Source: Antedon mediterranea
Lineage: Eukaryota; Animalia; Echinodermata
NCBI RefSeq assembly: GCF_964355755.1
Contig: NC_092670.1
Location: forward strand, 2,594,201 to 2,658,200
Direction: 5' to 3'
DNA length: 64,000 nt
Part shown: positions 27,228-39,387 of the stretch, one piece after another
How positions within the stretch are numbered: position 1 is the stretch's first letter
How the letters are laid out: every line of letters starts with the position of its first letter
Position numbers and translations under genes: made by a program
The notes under the pieces: model-generated
What the model saw: the letters and a program-made list of their open reading frames with translations, nothing else
Database searches by the model: none
What the model was told of the DNA's origin: nothing

Positions 27228-29511
27228 TCAGTATTGTTTGAAAGGTTGTATTTTTTTACATTCTGTATATGTATACATAATAGGAAAAAATTGATTGCTT
27301 GTGTGAAATGTAAGTTGTATCTAATAAAGTAATAGAATATTTCTGTATACAAGTGTGACATTTACTGCCAGATATTGATATACTGATAAGTACCAACCAA
27401 TTAACAATACTCAAGTAAATGATGGGCTAATAATTATCTTTTTTAAAATCATGACCATATAAAAATACATGGTTGAGTCTCTCAAACAAAAGATGCCATG
27501 ATTTTATAAATAACATTCTCCACCATATTTATATATAAATTGAAATTGGTTATTTTTTGGCGCTTTGTTTTTCAATTTATTGTTTTTTAACAGTTTTTGT
27601 AATTTTTTCTGGGCCTAGGTTCTTCTTCAGGCTTCTTCTTGCTTGGTATATGAGCTGGGATACCTACTACCAGCCTAGATTATGGAATACCCAGACCCAT
27701 TATATCTACTTCTACTCCAGCTACTATAACACAAACTACTATCAGAATTACTAGCCTAACGAGGCCTAGAAAATACTATTTTTAGGCCTAGCTAGGCTAG
27801 AAGTTAAGTAAGTAATTATAGTAGCTAGTCTAAGTAGGCCTTTTCTAGCTCAGAAACCAAATAGAACAATAATCGGCCAGTAGATTGAAACCTTAGGCCT
27901 GTGACGCAGTACGCCTGCATGAACAACCGGATTAAACAGGGACACGATTCGGTCCGGGACGATTCATACCAGCTTCGTAAAACATAAACAAAGTTTAAAA
28001 TGGCGATTTTTCGATCGTAACTGAACAGAAATGTAGTAGGTTTGGTTTGATTAGTGGGAGTTGCATCCCAAGAAAGCTTAAAATTAGATTTTTATTTTAA
28101 TAGATAGCTTAATAGTTTATCTTGAAAGGATTTTAAATTCGCTTTGAAACCTTATCTAGAAAATATGAAATTTAATGATTTTTTAGCATCATTTCAAAAA
28201 AATATAAATAAAAAAGTTTATACACAAAATAATGATATTTCTCGAAACAAAAAAACTGTGGAATTTAGATCACAGTTTTTATCATTATTTACGCTTGTAG
28301 TTCAACTATTGAAATACGTTTATTGATTTCATCTAAAAAATATCAAAATTATACAATTTTCAAAGTGTAGGCCTACTAAAATAGCAAAAATTCAAACATT
28401 TTCCACGAAGCGCGCCCTCACAATGAATGAAATCAGTGATACGTTACCACCGCGGCTTTCCGACTGGTAGGATAGAACAGAGCTACTGGATGGCGCCATT
28501 GTGAGCCATGGAGTAGTACGCCCTCATCAAATTAGAAAGTCAAAATCTTTGCTATACTGTAGAGGATAATTGACATGACAGGACATAAAAAAGCTCTAAA
28601 GAAACAGGAATGCTAATCTAAATTTACAATTTTCTTTTATGCTAAGGATACAAATATGTAGTTTGTGGATTTTATACCATATTTTGTTCCAATATTTTCT
28701 TTAAGTTTTTTTAAATTAATATTGTAATTGTTATTATGCCCTTTATTAAGCCTATATTTGATTGAATTAAGTGTTTTTAAATAAAAAAGTTATGCAAAAC
28801 TACTTTGATTAACTAGTTTATTTTTGTAGTTGATCATCATAGAGAAATTGTATATTTTTAGTCTTGAAAAGACTGAGTTTTACTATATTTTGTATTAATA
28901 ATGTAATATTCATGTACAGAGACCTGAGCCCTCTATAGTAATTAATAGTTCTGACTTCCTAGTTTGTATAGGGTGCGGCTCCATGCTGTGAAATGGAGTA
29001 GCCCAGTTTTGACCTTTTAACCCTGTACTTCCGATACCATGTTTTGAATGGGCATCGGACGAACAGGAGATTCTTGTGTTATAAGTTCTTGATCAGGTGT
29101 GAAATGGAAATTTATCCGGACACGACACATGTCGGGTGTAGCTAAGCCTCCTTTGTAATAGTTAGGCGTTGCATTCACCTTAACTTGCGAAGAATAATAT
29201 ACAGATAATTACTAATTAATTATTTCTTGGCAATAATATATTCACTTAGGCCTAGGTCTTTTAAATTAACAGAATTTACTCTGTATATTTCCGAGGATCA
29301 TCCATAGTGTGGGAAATGACTGTGTAAAATTAGTAGTTTCTGTCCCATAGTCAGGTTCCTCATGTATGAAAATAGGGGTTCCGTAGGATTTTAATGCCCA
29401 AAGTGAGATTTCACTTGATTTTACTTTATTATGGTGCTAGGATACCAAAAATGCTAGGTAACAAATTTTCACGATCCCGTAACCATGGGATTTATCACAC
29501 AATTTATCACA

Positions 29512-29632
29512 GAATACGGCCATACTGCGTTGAAACACCGGTTCTCGTCAGATCACCGAAGTTAAGCAACGTTGGGCCCGGTTGCGTTCTGGATGGGAGA
29601 CCGTCTAGAAATCGTGGCGGGTGCTGTATATA
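29512..29632 (+). pseudogene. 5S rRNA-derived sequence (pseudogene or SINE3 head)
   Basis: TACGGCCATAC...TCTCGTCAGATCACCGAAGTTAAGCA...GGATGGGAGACCG...GGGTGCTGTA follows metazoan 5S; indels in the 3' part, no oligo-T terminator, single copy. Confidence 0.85.
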
Positions 29633-29634
29633 CT

Positions 29635-29846
29635 GGAGAGTGATAGTGTAATGGTAATATCGGACTAGCATGTGATAGGCATGGGTTCGAGGTTATCTGT
29701 ACCATACTAATTGCATCCTTAGGCAAGATGCTTTACTCTCATTGCCTAATCTGGTAGGCGCTGCACTGCTGGCTGCCGTGGGTCCGTGGAGGGCCTAATC
29801 CTAATTTCCTCACTGAGGACAAATATTAATACAAAAAAAAATACAA
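29635..29846 (+). mobile_element. tRNA-derived SINE body directly after the 5S segment
   Basis: A-box-like TAGTGTAATGG, B-box-like GGTTCGAG, CORE-like GCATCCTTAGGCAAGATGCTTTACTCTC, A-rich tail. Confidence 0.6.
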
Positions 29847-30169
29847 TTAATTTTAGCAGAGATTGTTTAGTTATATGAATATCCAATTTCCACTAGTCAT
29901 CAAATCTTCACCAATTTTTTGGCAGATATCACTAATTGAAATCCTATCTTCATTTTTAAATCTCTATAGACAAATTTTCCTTCTACGAGTCCATGCACCA
30001 TGCCATTATTAAATGAAACCATAAGCTACCAGCAATTGCAGTATTTGCTCTATCAACTTTCCTAAAAACTTCCCAGTCTGTCATCATAGAGCTGCTGCAC
30101 CCGTTGGTTTATGTACTGTAGTTGTCTTCTGTAAATCCATACTAAGTTTTTAGTACCCCTGTTTCATCA

Positions 30170-32050
30170 ATATTTTCAATGGCCCTGCGCGTGTTCACGC
30201 ACATCGTTAGAGCGCTCAGTGCGGCATTTGCATATTCATGTATCTAGACGACTGGTTAATCGTGGCTCAGTAAAAGGAACGTCTGGTGAGCAGTCCCAAT
30301 TTCGTCCTTCTCGTATCGGAACGCGTAGGGTTCTTAGTGAACCGGATGAAGTCGTGCCTGGTGCCAACTCAACATCCCATCTCGGAGCGCAGATAGATCT
30401 TGTGTCAGGAAGAGTGTTCCCCTCACAGAAACGGGTAACCAAAGCCCTTGCTGCTATACAAGGCCTGATTACTGCTTCCGCTCTGACAGCATACGACTGG
30501 CTGAGAACACTAGGTTTCCTAGCTAGCTTTGTAGATCTAGTTCCGTTTTGTCGGCTACGGATGCGGCCGCTGCAACTTCATCTGTTAGCCTTCTACCGGC
30601 CAGGTTCAGACTCATTAGACAAAGTGGTCCCGATGTCGGTGTTCATTATAACGCACTTCCAATGGTGGCTAACGGACGGCCGATTGTTAGTGGGCAAATC
30701 AATTCAGAGATCAATTCCGGACCCCGAATAGAAACAGACGCGTCCGAAGCAGGTTGGGGCGCTTGCTCCAGCCAAAGTCACGTCTACGGCGTTTGGAATG
30801 CAGAGGAGGCGTTAGCCCACATCAATCTCTTAGAACTTTGGGCAATAGACTGAACGCTGAAGGCACTACTTCCAAACATAACAAATTCACACATCCATAT
30901 TTGCTCGGACAACACAACCGTGGTCGCGTACATCAACCGACAAGGAGGCAAGAAGTCTCCGACTCTCTGCTATCACACATTGACGCTCATACACTGGTGC
31001 ATCGCGCACATAATGACGCTGACTGCATCGCATATTCCTGGCTGCCAAAATTTAGTTGCGGAATATTCGACCACTTCGGGCAGCTGCACATAGACCTGTT
31101 TGCGACGTCAGAGAACACGCTCCTGACATTCTGCAGTCGATACCGGGATGCGTGGTTGGTGGATGCCCTGTCCATGTCATGGGTCTATGGGCATACGCGT
31201 TCCCACCAATATCAATCATACCAATAGTACTCGACTCACATTCAGCACTTCCGATGTAGAGTTCTGTTGATCGCACCGTTCTGGCCTCGTCAAGCGTGGT
31301 ATCCGCTTCTTGCCAGTCTTCTTTACGATCACCCGCTGCGTCTTCCGGTCTGCGCGGATCTACTGACGCAAAATCGTGCGAGGTTCTCGACGATCAACCT
31401 ACAATCCCTGAACCTGACTGTTTGGCCATTGTCAGGGATCAGCTCAGAGACTCGGGCATTCCGGACAGCCCAGCTGCTCTGGCAGCCAAATCTAGAAGAG
31501 AGTCGACTCTCATCCTCTACAACAGCCGTCTACGACACTTCTTTCGCTGGTGCAGAAAAGAAAACATAGACCCTAAGGCGATATCCTGGGTCAGATCTGC
31601 GCTTTTTTGCATTACCTGTACGAATCAGGCTTGCAAGTACGCACTGTGTCAGGCTACCTCTCCGCGGTTGCCGCCATTACTCCGCCAAGGATGGCTCGAC
31701 GGTTTCAACTTCCGCAGTAATCATTTCATTTGTTACACGGTATGTTCAGAGAGCGACCTCCGTCTAAGGTCTTAGTTCAATGTAAACGTTGTTCTATCCG
31801 CACTTACGCGCCCGCCATTCGAGCCAATGAGCAAGGCTTCGTTATACAATCTATCGCTTAAGACAGAGTTTCTGGTGGCGTTGTCTTCATGTAAACGCCA
31901 AGGCGAGCTGCATGCGCTTACGCTAGAGCCAGGCCATATACGATTTGAGCGGGGTGGAGTCCGGAAAGGACTTTCTGGCCAAGTCCCAGACGTTAAAGGA
32001 CGTCGTCGAAGTTGAAAATCGAGCTGAAGAAACCGATTGCACAAGATCGG
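30170..32050 (+). mobile_element. Decayed DIRS1-like tyrosine-recombinase retrotransposon (RT/RNase H, methyltransferase-like domain, YR fragments)
   Basis: Frameshifted motifs in order: RLRMRPLQLHL, ETDASEAGWGA, HINLLELWAI, IDLFATSEN, AYAFPP, IAPFWPRQAWYP, RRESTLILYNSRLRHFFRWC, LSSCKRQGELHAL. Confidence 0.88.
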
Positions 32051-32439
32051 ATTTAGAAAATCGATGACTATATTAGTTGAACCCAGAAGCTAACAAAACA
32101 AGGATTACAGAGAAGAAGAATTCAACAGCACTTAATTGGTACTGCAGTATGTTTTTGTCTTACTCTAGTTTCTGTAGTCTTTTTCTTTAATGAAGTTGTA
32201 GCGTTATATTGTAAATGATTGATTTGTATCTGCTAGTGTTTTGATTTATATTATGCAGATATTGGCTGTTTAGAGATCAAATCTCAGGGAAAGTTCTGAA
32301 GACCTGTTATTTTCAATTAGTATATTTTTCATTACCTATTTCAGTGGTCGGTTGATGTATGTTGTGTACCAAAACTTTGGAAGTCTGCTATTATCACACC
32401 GATTCCAAAAAATGATAAATGTACTGTTTGCAATGACTA

Positions 32440-32890
32440 TATGCCAGTGCCTAACAGCCATCCCCATGAAATGTTTTGAGAAAATTATAAAAAATATATT
32501 AAATAATGAGACAAAGGGTATGATTGATAGCAACCAATTTGCTTATAGGGAAAAAAGGGGCGTAGTTGACGCAGTTATGACGCTCACGCAAAAGGTGTAT
32601 GATCATCTTGAATATCCAAATAACTATGCTAGAATATTATTTTTAGATTTTTCTGCAGCGTTCAATACAATTCAGCCTCATTTACTTACAGATAAATTAT
32701 TAAAGTTAGGAATAAATCCACGATTAAATCTCTGGATTTCTGATTTCTTAAATGAAAGAACACAGATTGTTAAGTTTAGAGGTAACGTATCAAAGCAGTT
32801 AACTTGTAATACAGGTGCACCACAGGGATGCAAATCTCTCACCCTTACTTTTTTCATTATATTCTGATTTTTATAGTGATATTGATCCAA
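32440..32890 (+). mobile_element. Rex1/Babar-like LINE RT fragment, part 1
   Basis: MKCFEKII...QFAYREKRGVVDA...RILFLDFSAAFNTI...TGAPQG. Confidence 0.85.
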
Positions 32891-33039
32891 CCCAGTGGGC
32901 ACAGAACATAATTTCAACGTTGAATCAACGTTGAAATATAGTTGATTTGTTGAAATAATGTTGTCAGCGTATTTCAAACGTTGAATCAACGTTGAAATAA
33001 CATTTTTTCCCTAACTATTTTTTTTACGTTTAGTAATAA

Positions 33040-34610
33040 ACATTGAATCAACGTTGAAATAACATTTTCTTTTTAACTAGTAATTTATGTTAATTAATAA
33101 ATGTTGATTTAACGTTGAAATAACATTGTCTTTCTAACAAATGTTTTACGTTAATTTATCAATGTTGATCCAACGTTGAAATAACATTGTTTTTCAAACA
33201 AATGTTTTACGTTAATTTATAAATGTTGATTCAACATTGAGATAACATTGTATTTTTAACTAGAAATTTACGTTAATTTATCAATGTTGATCCAACGTTA
33301 AAATAACATTGTCCTTCTAACTAGTAATTTACGTTAATTTATCAATGTTGATTTAACGTTGAAATAACATTGTCTTTCTAACTAGTATTTTACGTTAATT
33401 TGTCAATGTTGATCCAACGTTGAAATAACATTGTATTTTTAACTAGAAATTTACGTTAATTTATCAATGTTGATCCAACGTTGAAATAACATTGTATTTC
33501 TAACTAGAAATTTACGTTTTATTATCAATGTTGATCCAACGTTGAAATAACATTGTCTTTCTAACTAGTAATTTACGTTAATTTATCAATGTTGATTTAA
33601 CGTTGAAATAACATTGTCTTTCTAACTAGAAATTTACGTTAATTTATCAATGTTGATCCAACGTTGAAATAACATTGTATTTCTAACTAGAAATTTTCGT
33701 TTTATTATCAATGTTGATCCAACGTTGAAATAACATTGTCTTTCTAACTAGTAATTTAAGTTAATTTATCAATGTTGATCCAACTTTGAAATAACATTGT
33801 ATTTTTAACTAGTAATTTACGTTAATTTATCAATGTTGATCCAACGTTGAAATAACATTGTATTTTTAACTAGTAATTTACGTTAATTTATCAATGTTGA
33901 TCCAACGTTGAAATAACAATGTATTTTTAACTAGAAATTTACGTTAATTTATCAATGTTGATCCAACGTTGAAATAACATTGTATTTTTAACCAGTAATT
34001 TACGTTAATTTATCAATGTTGATCCAACGTTGAAATAACCTTGTATTTTTAACTAGTAATTTACGTTAATTTATCAATGTTGATCCAACGTTGAAATAAC
34101 AATGTATTTTTAACTAGAAATTTACGTTAATTTATCAATGTTGATCCAACGTTGAAATAACATTGTATTTTTAACTAGAAATTTACGTTAATTTATTAAT
34201 GTTAATCCAACGTTGAAATAACATTGTCTTTTTAACTAGAAATTTACGTGAATTTATAAATGTTGATCCAACGTTGAAATAACATTGTATTTTTAACTAG
34301 AAATTTACGTTAATTTATCAATGTTGATCCAACGTTAAAATAACATTGTCCTTCTAACTAGTAATTTACGTTAATTTATCAATGTTGATTTAACGTTGAA
34401 ATAACATTGTCTTTCTAACTAGTAATTTACGTTAATTTGTCAATGTTGATCCAACGTTGAAATAACATTGTATTTTTAACTAGAAATTTACGTTAATTTA
34501 TCAATGTTGATCCAACGTTGAAATAACATTGTCTTTCTAACTAGTAATTTACGTTAATTTATCAATGTTGATCCAAAACGTTGAAATAACATTGTATTTC
34601 TAACTAGTAT
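33040..34610. repeat. 61-bp tandem array, roughly 25 copies
   Basis: Unit AATGTTGATCCAACGTTGAAATAACATTGTATTTTTAACTAGTAATTTACGTTAATTTATC. Confidence 0.95.
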
Positions 34611-35945
34611 TTTTTTTCAAACAGAATTATTATTTTTGTTTTTCAATGTTATTCCAACGTTATTTTAACGTTGAAATCCAGTTGTCATTTTCAAATGACA
34701 TGTTTTCAACGTTGAAAAACTCTTGAAATTATGTTGTTTTTTCAAACAATTATTATTTTTGTTTTTCAATGTTAATTAAACGTTAAATTAAAGATAAATT
34801 CTATTTAATACTTTGGTTAAAATGACATGTTTTTAACGTTTAATATTAAATAATATGTGTTTAAGTGCGTTGCCATTGATGTTTCAACGTTAAATTAACA
34901 TTAGATTTCAGTTGGCGGTTTATTTTATCATCCTTTATTGTAAAACAAATGATTATTGGTTATTTAGGAATTTTAGATTGGCAAATATTATTGTCTCTGT
35001 ATAATACAAAAAATGTTCTAGAAGTTGTGTTGAAAATTGAATGATCCTTTCATGCAAGATCAAATTTCATAAGATTCGAGCTTGTCATTGGTTAGTTTCG
35101 TTTTGATAAAATTTTGAAACTGGTGTCAGTAATTTCAGTTACTTCGACGTAGGCTAGGCCTACAGTAGTAGTGGTGTGTAGAAAAAAAAGGCTCATCATT
35201 GAAATTGTCAAATAAGTATGTTTTGAGGTAGGAAAACAATCTTTTTTATTTGTAATCTACTAATTTATAAGCTTTGAGCTTGACTATTTTAGCCTTATCA
35301 ATAGCTAGCCTCTAGTCTAGTAGGCCACACATGCATAGCTAGGCCTAGCCTCTAGGCTATTAGCCTGGTAGGCTAGGGCTAGAGGCTAGGCTAGTAGGCT
35401 AGGCAGGCTGCCAAACTGATGAACTGAATTCACTCACTAGGCCTAGTGGAAGCATTTAGTATTATGCATGTCAAGGGCAAACATTTGCCTTGCCAAGGAT
35501 AACTACAGTACTGTACTTATTATGGTTATAAAATGGTATGTATTAGGCCTTTTATTTAGTTCAATACTTTCTTTATTTATCCAAAAGTATACATAAATAT
35601 AATATATAATTAGTTGGCCTAGCGAGCTTTCTGCTGCTAGGCTGTAGCTACAGTAGCTGCTAATGCTATTATTAGTGTTAATAGTATACAAACACATGCT
35701 GCTAGCCTAGGAGTCAGGACGGCTATTTGTTAAACTTACTCGCTTTCTTTATTTCAGATTGTAGGCCTAGCTAATAAGGCCCTTAGGCCTATGCCTAGCT
35801 AGAGTACAAAATAATGAAGTACATGTAGGCCTATAATCTTTTCTATGTGAATCAAACGAGAAAAATCTAATGGATGATCAATATTTTTATATACAAAAGG
35901 TTGGTATTTATAGTTCTTAACTTTAATATTGAATTGAATAAATAT

Positions 35946-37216
35946 TACGCCGTGGTTAGGTTTCCGGCACCGGAACTCAACTGCTCACCGTTAGGGAATC
36001 CGACACGCTATTGCGCATGCCCAGAGCTCTGGGAAATGAATTATAGCAATACAGTAGTGCCACACACCACACCAAGAGTCGGAGTGTTATAGGGATTTAC
36101 TGTAGCTTCAATAGTCGTTGCTCGAGCGAGAGATGGATGAAACTTGGCCTATGCCATGCATGAATTAATAATTAGAATACCGACTACGCCACGCGTTAAA
36201 ATAATTATAATGATATTAATAAGAATCAGTATCTATCTTAAGAATCGTAATGCTGTTTTTAGCGTTGCGACCCCGAATTTCCGAACAGTTTTTTCACATC
36301 CACGCGGTGGCTGCCGTCAACAAATCAACTTATGATTGCATGTTATGTACAGTATAATGCGTTATGAAAAATCATAAAACTAGTCATGTAATTACTGTAT
36401 ATAATTCATAATGATATGAAGTTTATATATGAATGAAGCAACCACTTTTTAATTACAAAATAAATAGGCCCACTGATCACGTCTAACTGGTAGCCCTAGC
36501 CTAGATTAGTGGATCCCGTATTAGTACTCATGTAGGCTAGTTCGCCGTGTGGCGCAGCTATGAAATGATCCATCGCTGTTATTATAGAGGAGAGAGTCGC
36601 CGATTACCTCGCTCTGGGCATGCGCAATAGCGTGTCGGATTCCCTAACGCTGGGCAGTTGAGTTATGTTATGTACAGTATAAATGCGTTATATGAAATCT
36701 TTTATTTTGTACTTGAAAAATCATAAAAATTAAAACTAGTCATGCAATTATAATTCATAAATATATAAAGTTTATATATCAATGAAGCAGCAAATTTAAT
36801 TACGAAATAAATAGGCCCAATGGTCACATCTAGCTGGTAGGCCTACTAGTATTAGTAGGCATGTAGGCCGGCTAGTTCGCCGTGGCGCAGCTATTAAAAT
36901 GATCCATCGCTGTAAAGCTTGGTTCCCACTAGAACGTAACGCAAGGACGTAAACGCAACGCAAGCGTTTTAACCAATGACAAGCGAAGTTATAGACAGTT
37001 AGCAATCCCAAGCGAATAAGCCATCGCTTGTGATTGGTCAATTTACTTGCGTTGCGTTACGTCCTTGTGTTGCGTCGCTAGTGGGAACCACGCTTTGGTC
37101 TGTTGTAGACAAAAATAGAGTCGCCGATTACCTTGCTCTGGGCATGCGCAATAGCGTGTCGGATTCCCTAACGCTGGGCAGTTGAGTTTCGGTGCCGGAA
37201 TCCTAACCACGGCGTA
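35946..37216. mobile_element. Unclassified TIR element, TAC...GTA termini, 5-bp TSD
   Basis: ~80-bp TIR TACGCCGTGGTTAGG...GCGCATGCCCAGAGC; AATAT on both sides; internal direct duplication ~36340-36660 vs ~36665-37190. Confidence 0.75.
36916..37094. mobile_element. Harbinger-like MITE
   Basis: AGCTTGGTTCCCACTAG...CTAGTGGGAACCACGCT; absent from the duplicated sister segment; diverged relative at ~43840-43980. Confidence 0.7.
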
Positions 37217-38329
37217 AATATTAATACAGTGTTGCAATATTATTTACATAAATTGAATTGATTGCATATTTTACGTGTAAGTGTGAAATGATGTTCTGAA
37301 TTGAATTTTTGTTTATGTACAGTATGATTTTTGAACAATGTGTTAAAGATATAATTGAACTGAACAATTTTTTTTTAAATGTTTTGTTGAATATGCCGTC
37401 ACTATAGAGTTGTTCACTTTGACCAAAAATTAGATTTTAAAAAATGCATTTGTACCTTAAAAGGGGGACAATTTAAACAAACAATTGGTTTTTGGTTAAA
37501 TGTACTGTTTATTTTGTATTTTTGTTTATTTTCTACGGCAAGTGAATATCTAAATTGTTAAAATTGCAAAATGGCAAGGTATTCAAAGTATGATTGTATT
37601 AATCTTCATTGTTCATGTTTTTTGGGGACAATAAATGTTTCAACAATTAATTTTTTACTGTATTATTTTTGTTTAAAACTACAGTAACTTGATTGAATTT
37701 GTTTCAGGTTTGGAAAAATAATATTGCCACACTTTTGGAAAGCATAGGACAATGTCAACACAGGAATCGAGGCAACTGTTTATTGACTAATCGGAACAAT
37801 GCAATTACAGTATTGTGTTATTGCCATCATTTGGACTTCTGCAACATTAGCACAAGGCACCTGTGACGTGTGTTGTATTTATTGTGTTTTACTGTAATCA
37901 GCCAATATTTATAGTTATTCAATCATGTTAGTTGGCAAACATATTACAAACTGGTTATTAGTATATTTTTTATACTTAACATTGGTACCTGAGAAATTTT
38001 AAGTGAGGATGTACATTATTTGATTGTTGCTTGGATTTTGCCTGATGATTTGATAACACCTGATTAAATGTTATTTTATGTTTTTATAGAAATTAAAGAT
38101 TAGTAAGATATACAGTATTTATAAAATGTCTCTATTGATGGATTCTACGACGTAACAGTAACTTTACTACTAACTACTTTAAAACCGTTGATTCAAATTG
38201 GATATAGTAATTCAACAAATCAAATTTCAACGTTAAATCTATGTTTAAATTTACGTTGATGCAAATTTTCATTTCAACTTAATTATTACGTTGTTTCAAC
38301 GTTAATAATTTCAACATTGAATCAACATT

Positions 38330-38975
38330 GATAATTTCAACGTTGATAATCTATGTTGAATCAACGTTGACATTTTTGTTGAGGCAAACTTTCATTTTCA
38401 ACCATTTTTTCAACGTTATTTCAACGTTACTTATTTTAACGTTGTTTCAACGTTGATAATTTCTATGTTGATTCAACGTTGACATTTACGTTGAGGCAAA
38501 CTTTCATTTTCAACCATTTTTTCAACGTTACCTATTTTAACGTTGTTTCAACGTTGATAATTTCTATGTTGATTCAACGTTGACATTTACGTTGAGGCAA
38601 ACTTTCATTTTCAACCATTTTTTCAACGTTATTTCAACGTTACCTATTTTAACGTTGTTTCAACGTTGATAATTTCTATGTTGATTCAACGTTGACATTT
38701 AAGTTGAGGCAAACTTTCATTTTCAACCATTTTTTCAACGTTATTTCAACGTTACTTATTTTAACGTTGTTTCAACGTTGATAATTTCTGTTGATTCAAC
38801 GTTGACATTTACGTTGAGGCAAACTTTCATTTTCAACCATTTTTTCAACGTCATTTCAACGTTACTTATTTTAACGTTGTTTCAACGTTGATAATTTCTA
38901 TGTTGATTCAACGTTGACATTTACGTTGAGGCAAACTTTCATTTTCAACCACTTTTTCAACGTTATTTCAACGTT
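38330..38975. repeat. ~110-bp tandem array, about 6 copies
   Basis: GAGGCAAACTTTCATTTTCAACC recurs at ~38381, 38493, 38594, 38706, 38816 and 38928. Confidence 0.9.
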
Positions 38976-39025
38976 TGCAGATAACGTTGAATTAACGTTA
39001 ATTCAACCAATTTTTGCCCACTGGG

Positions 39026-39387
39026 AAGTAAATCATTTAATGTTAAGTTTGCAGATGATACTTGCCTAGTTGGTTTAATTTCAAATAATAATACATCCCT
39101 GTTTATGTTGAACAATTTGTAGTCTGGTGTAAACAAAATTTTCTTGAACTAAATGCCAAAAAAACTAAATAGGTTATTGTCGATTTTAGAAGGAAAAATA
39201 AAACTAATCATGTAAATATTGAAATTGATAATGAAATTGTTGAAATAGTAGAAAGTCATAAGTACTTGGGATTAATAATTGATAATAAACTAAATTGGGA
39301 GAGCAACATTAAAGAACTCCGTACCAAGGCTAATAAGAGAATGTACTTTATATACAAAATGAAACGGTTTAATGTTAGTTCTCATCT
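39026..39387 (+). mobile_element. Rex1/Babar-like LINE RT fragment, part 2
   Basis: VKFADDTCLVGLI...KYLGLIIDNKLNW...KANKRMYF, with stops and frameshifts. Confidence 0.85.

Larger units (their letters stand above)
24740..28466. mobile_element. Unclassified non-autonomous TIR element with 4-bp TSD
   Basis: CAGTCGGAGAGCCGCG ... CGCGGCTTTCCGACTG; GTAG at 24736-39 and 28467-70. Confidence 0.75.
24672..29091. mobile_element. Non-autonomous TIR element, P-superfamily-like, carrying nested insertions
   Basis: ~37-bp TIR CAA(A)GAACTTATAACACAAGAATCTCCTGTTCGTCCGA; 7-bp TSD ATTAGGT/ATCAGGT (1 mismatch). Confidence 0.75.
32891..39025. mobile_element. 6.1-kb non-autonomous EnSpm/CACTA(CMC)-like element
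   Basis: TIR CCCAGTGGGCA/TGCCCACTGGG; 2-bp TSD AA; dense subterminal CAACGTTG motifs; splits a LINE RT. Confidence 0.8.

Noticed and set aside
26045-27361. ORFs of 86-152 aa on both strands
   Set aside because: Translations of palindromic or repetitive MITE sequence.
29512-29632. Functional 5S rRNA gene
   Set aside because: Indels, no T-run terminator, not arrayed, runs into SINE-like sequence.
33040-34610. CRISPR-like array (61-bp period, palindromic core)
   Set aside because: The whole unit repeats with no unique spacers; eukaryotic context, no cas genes.
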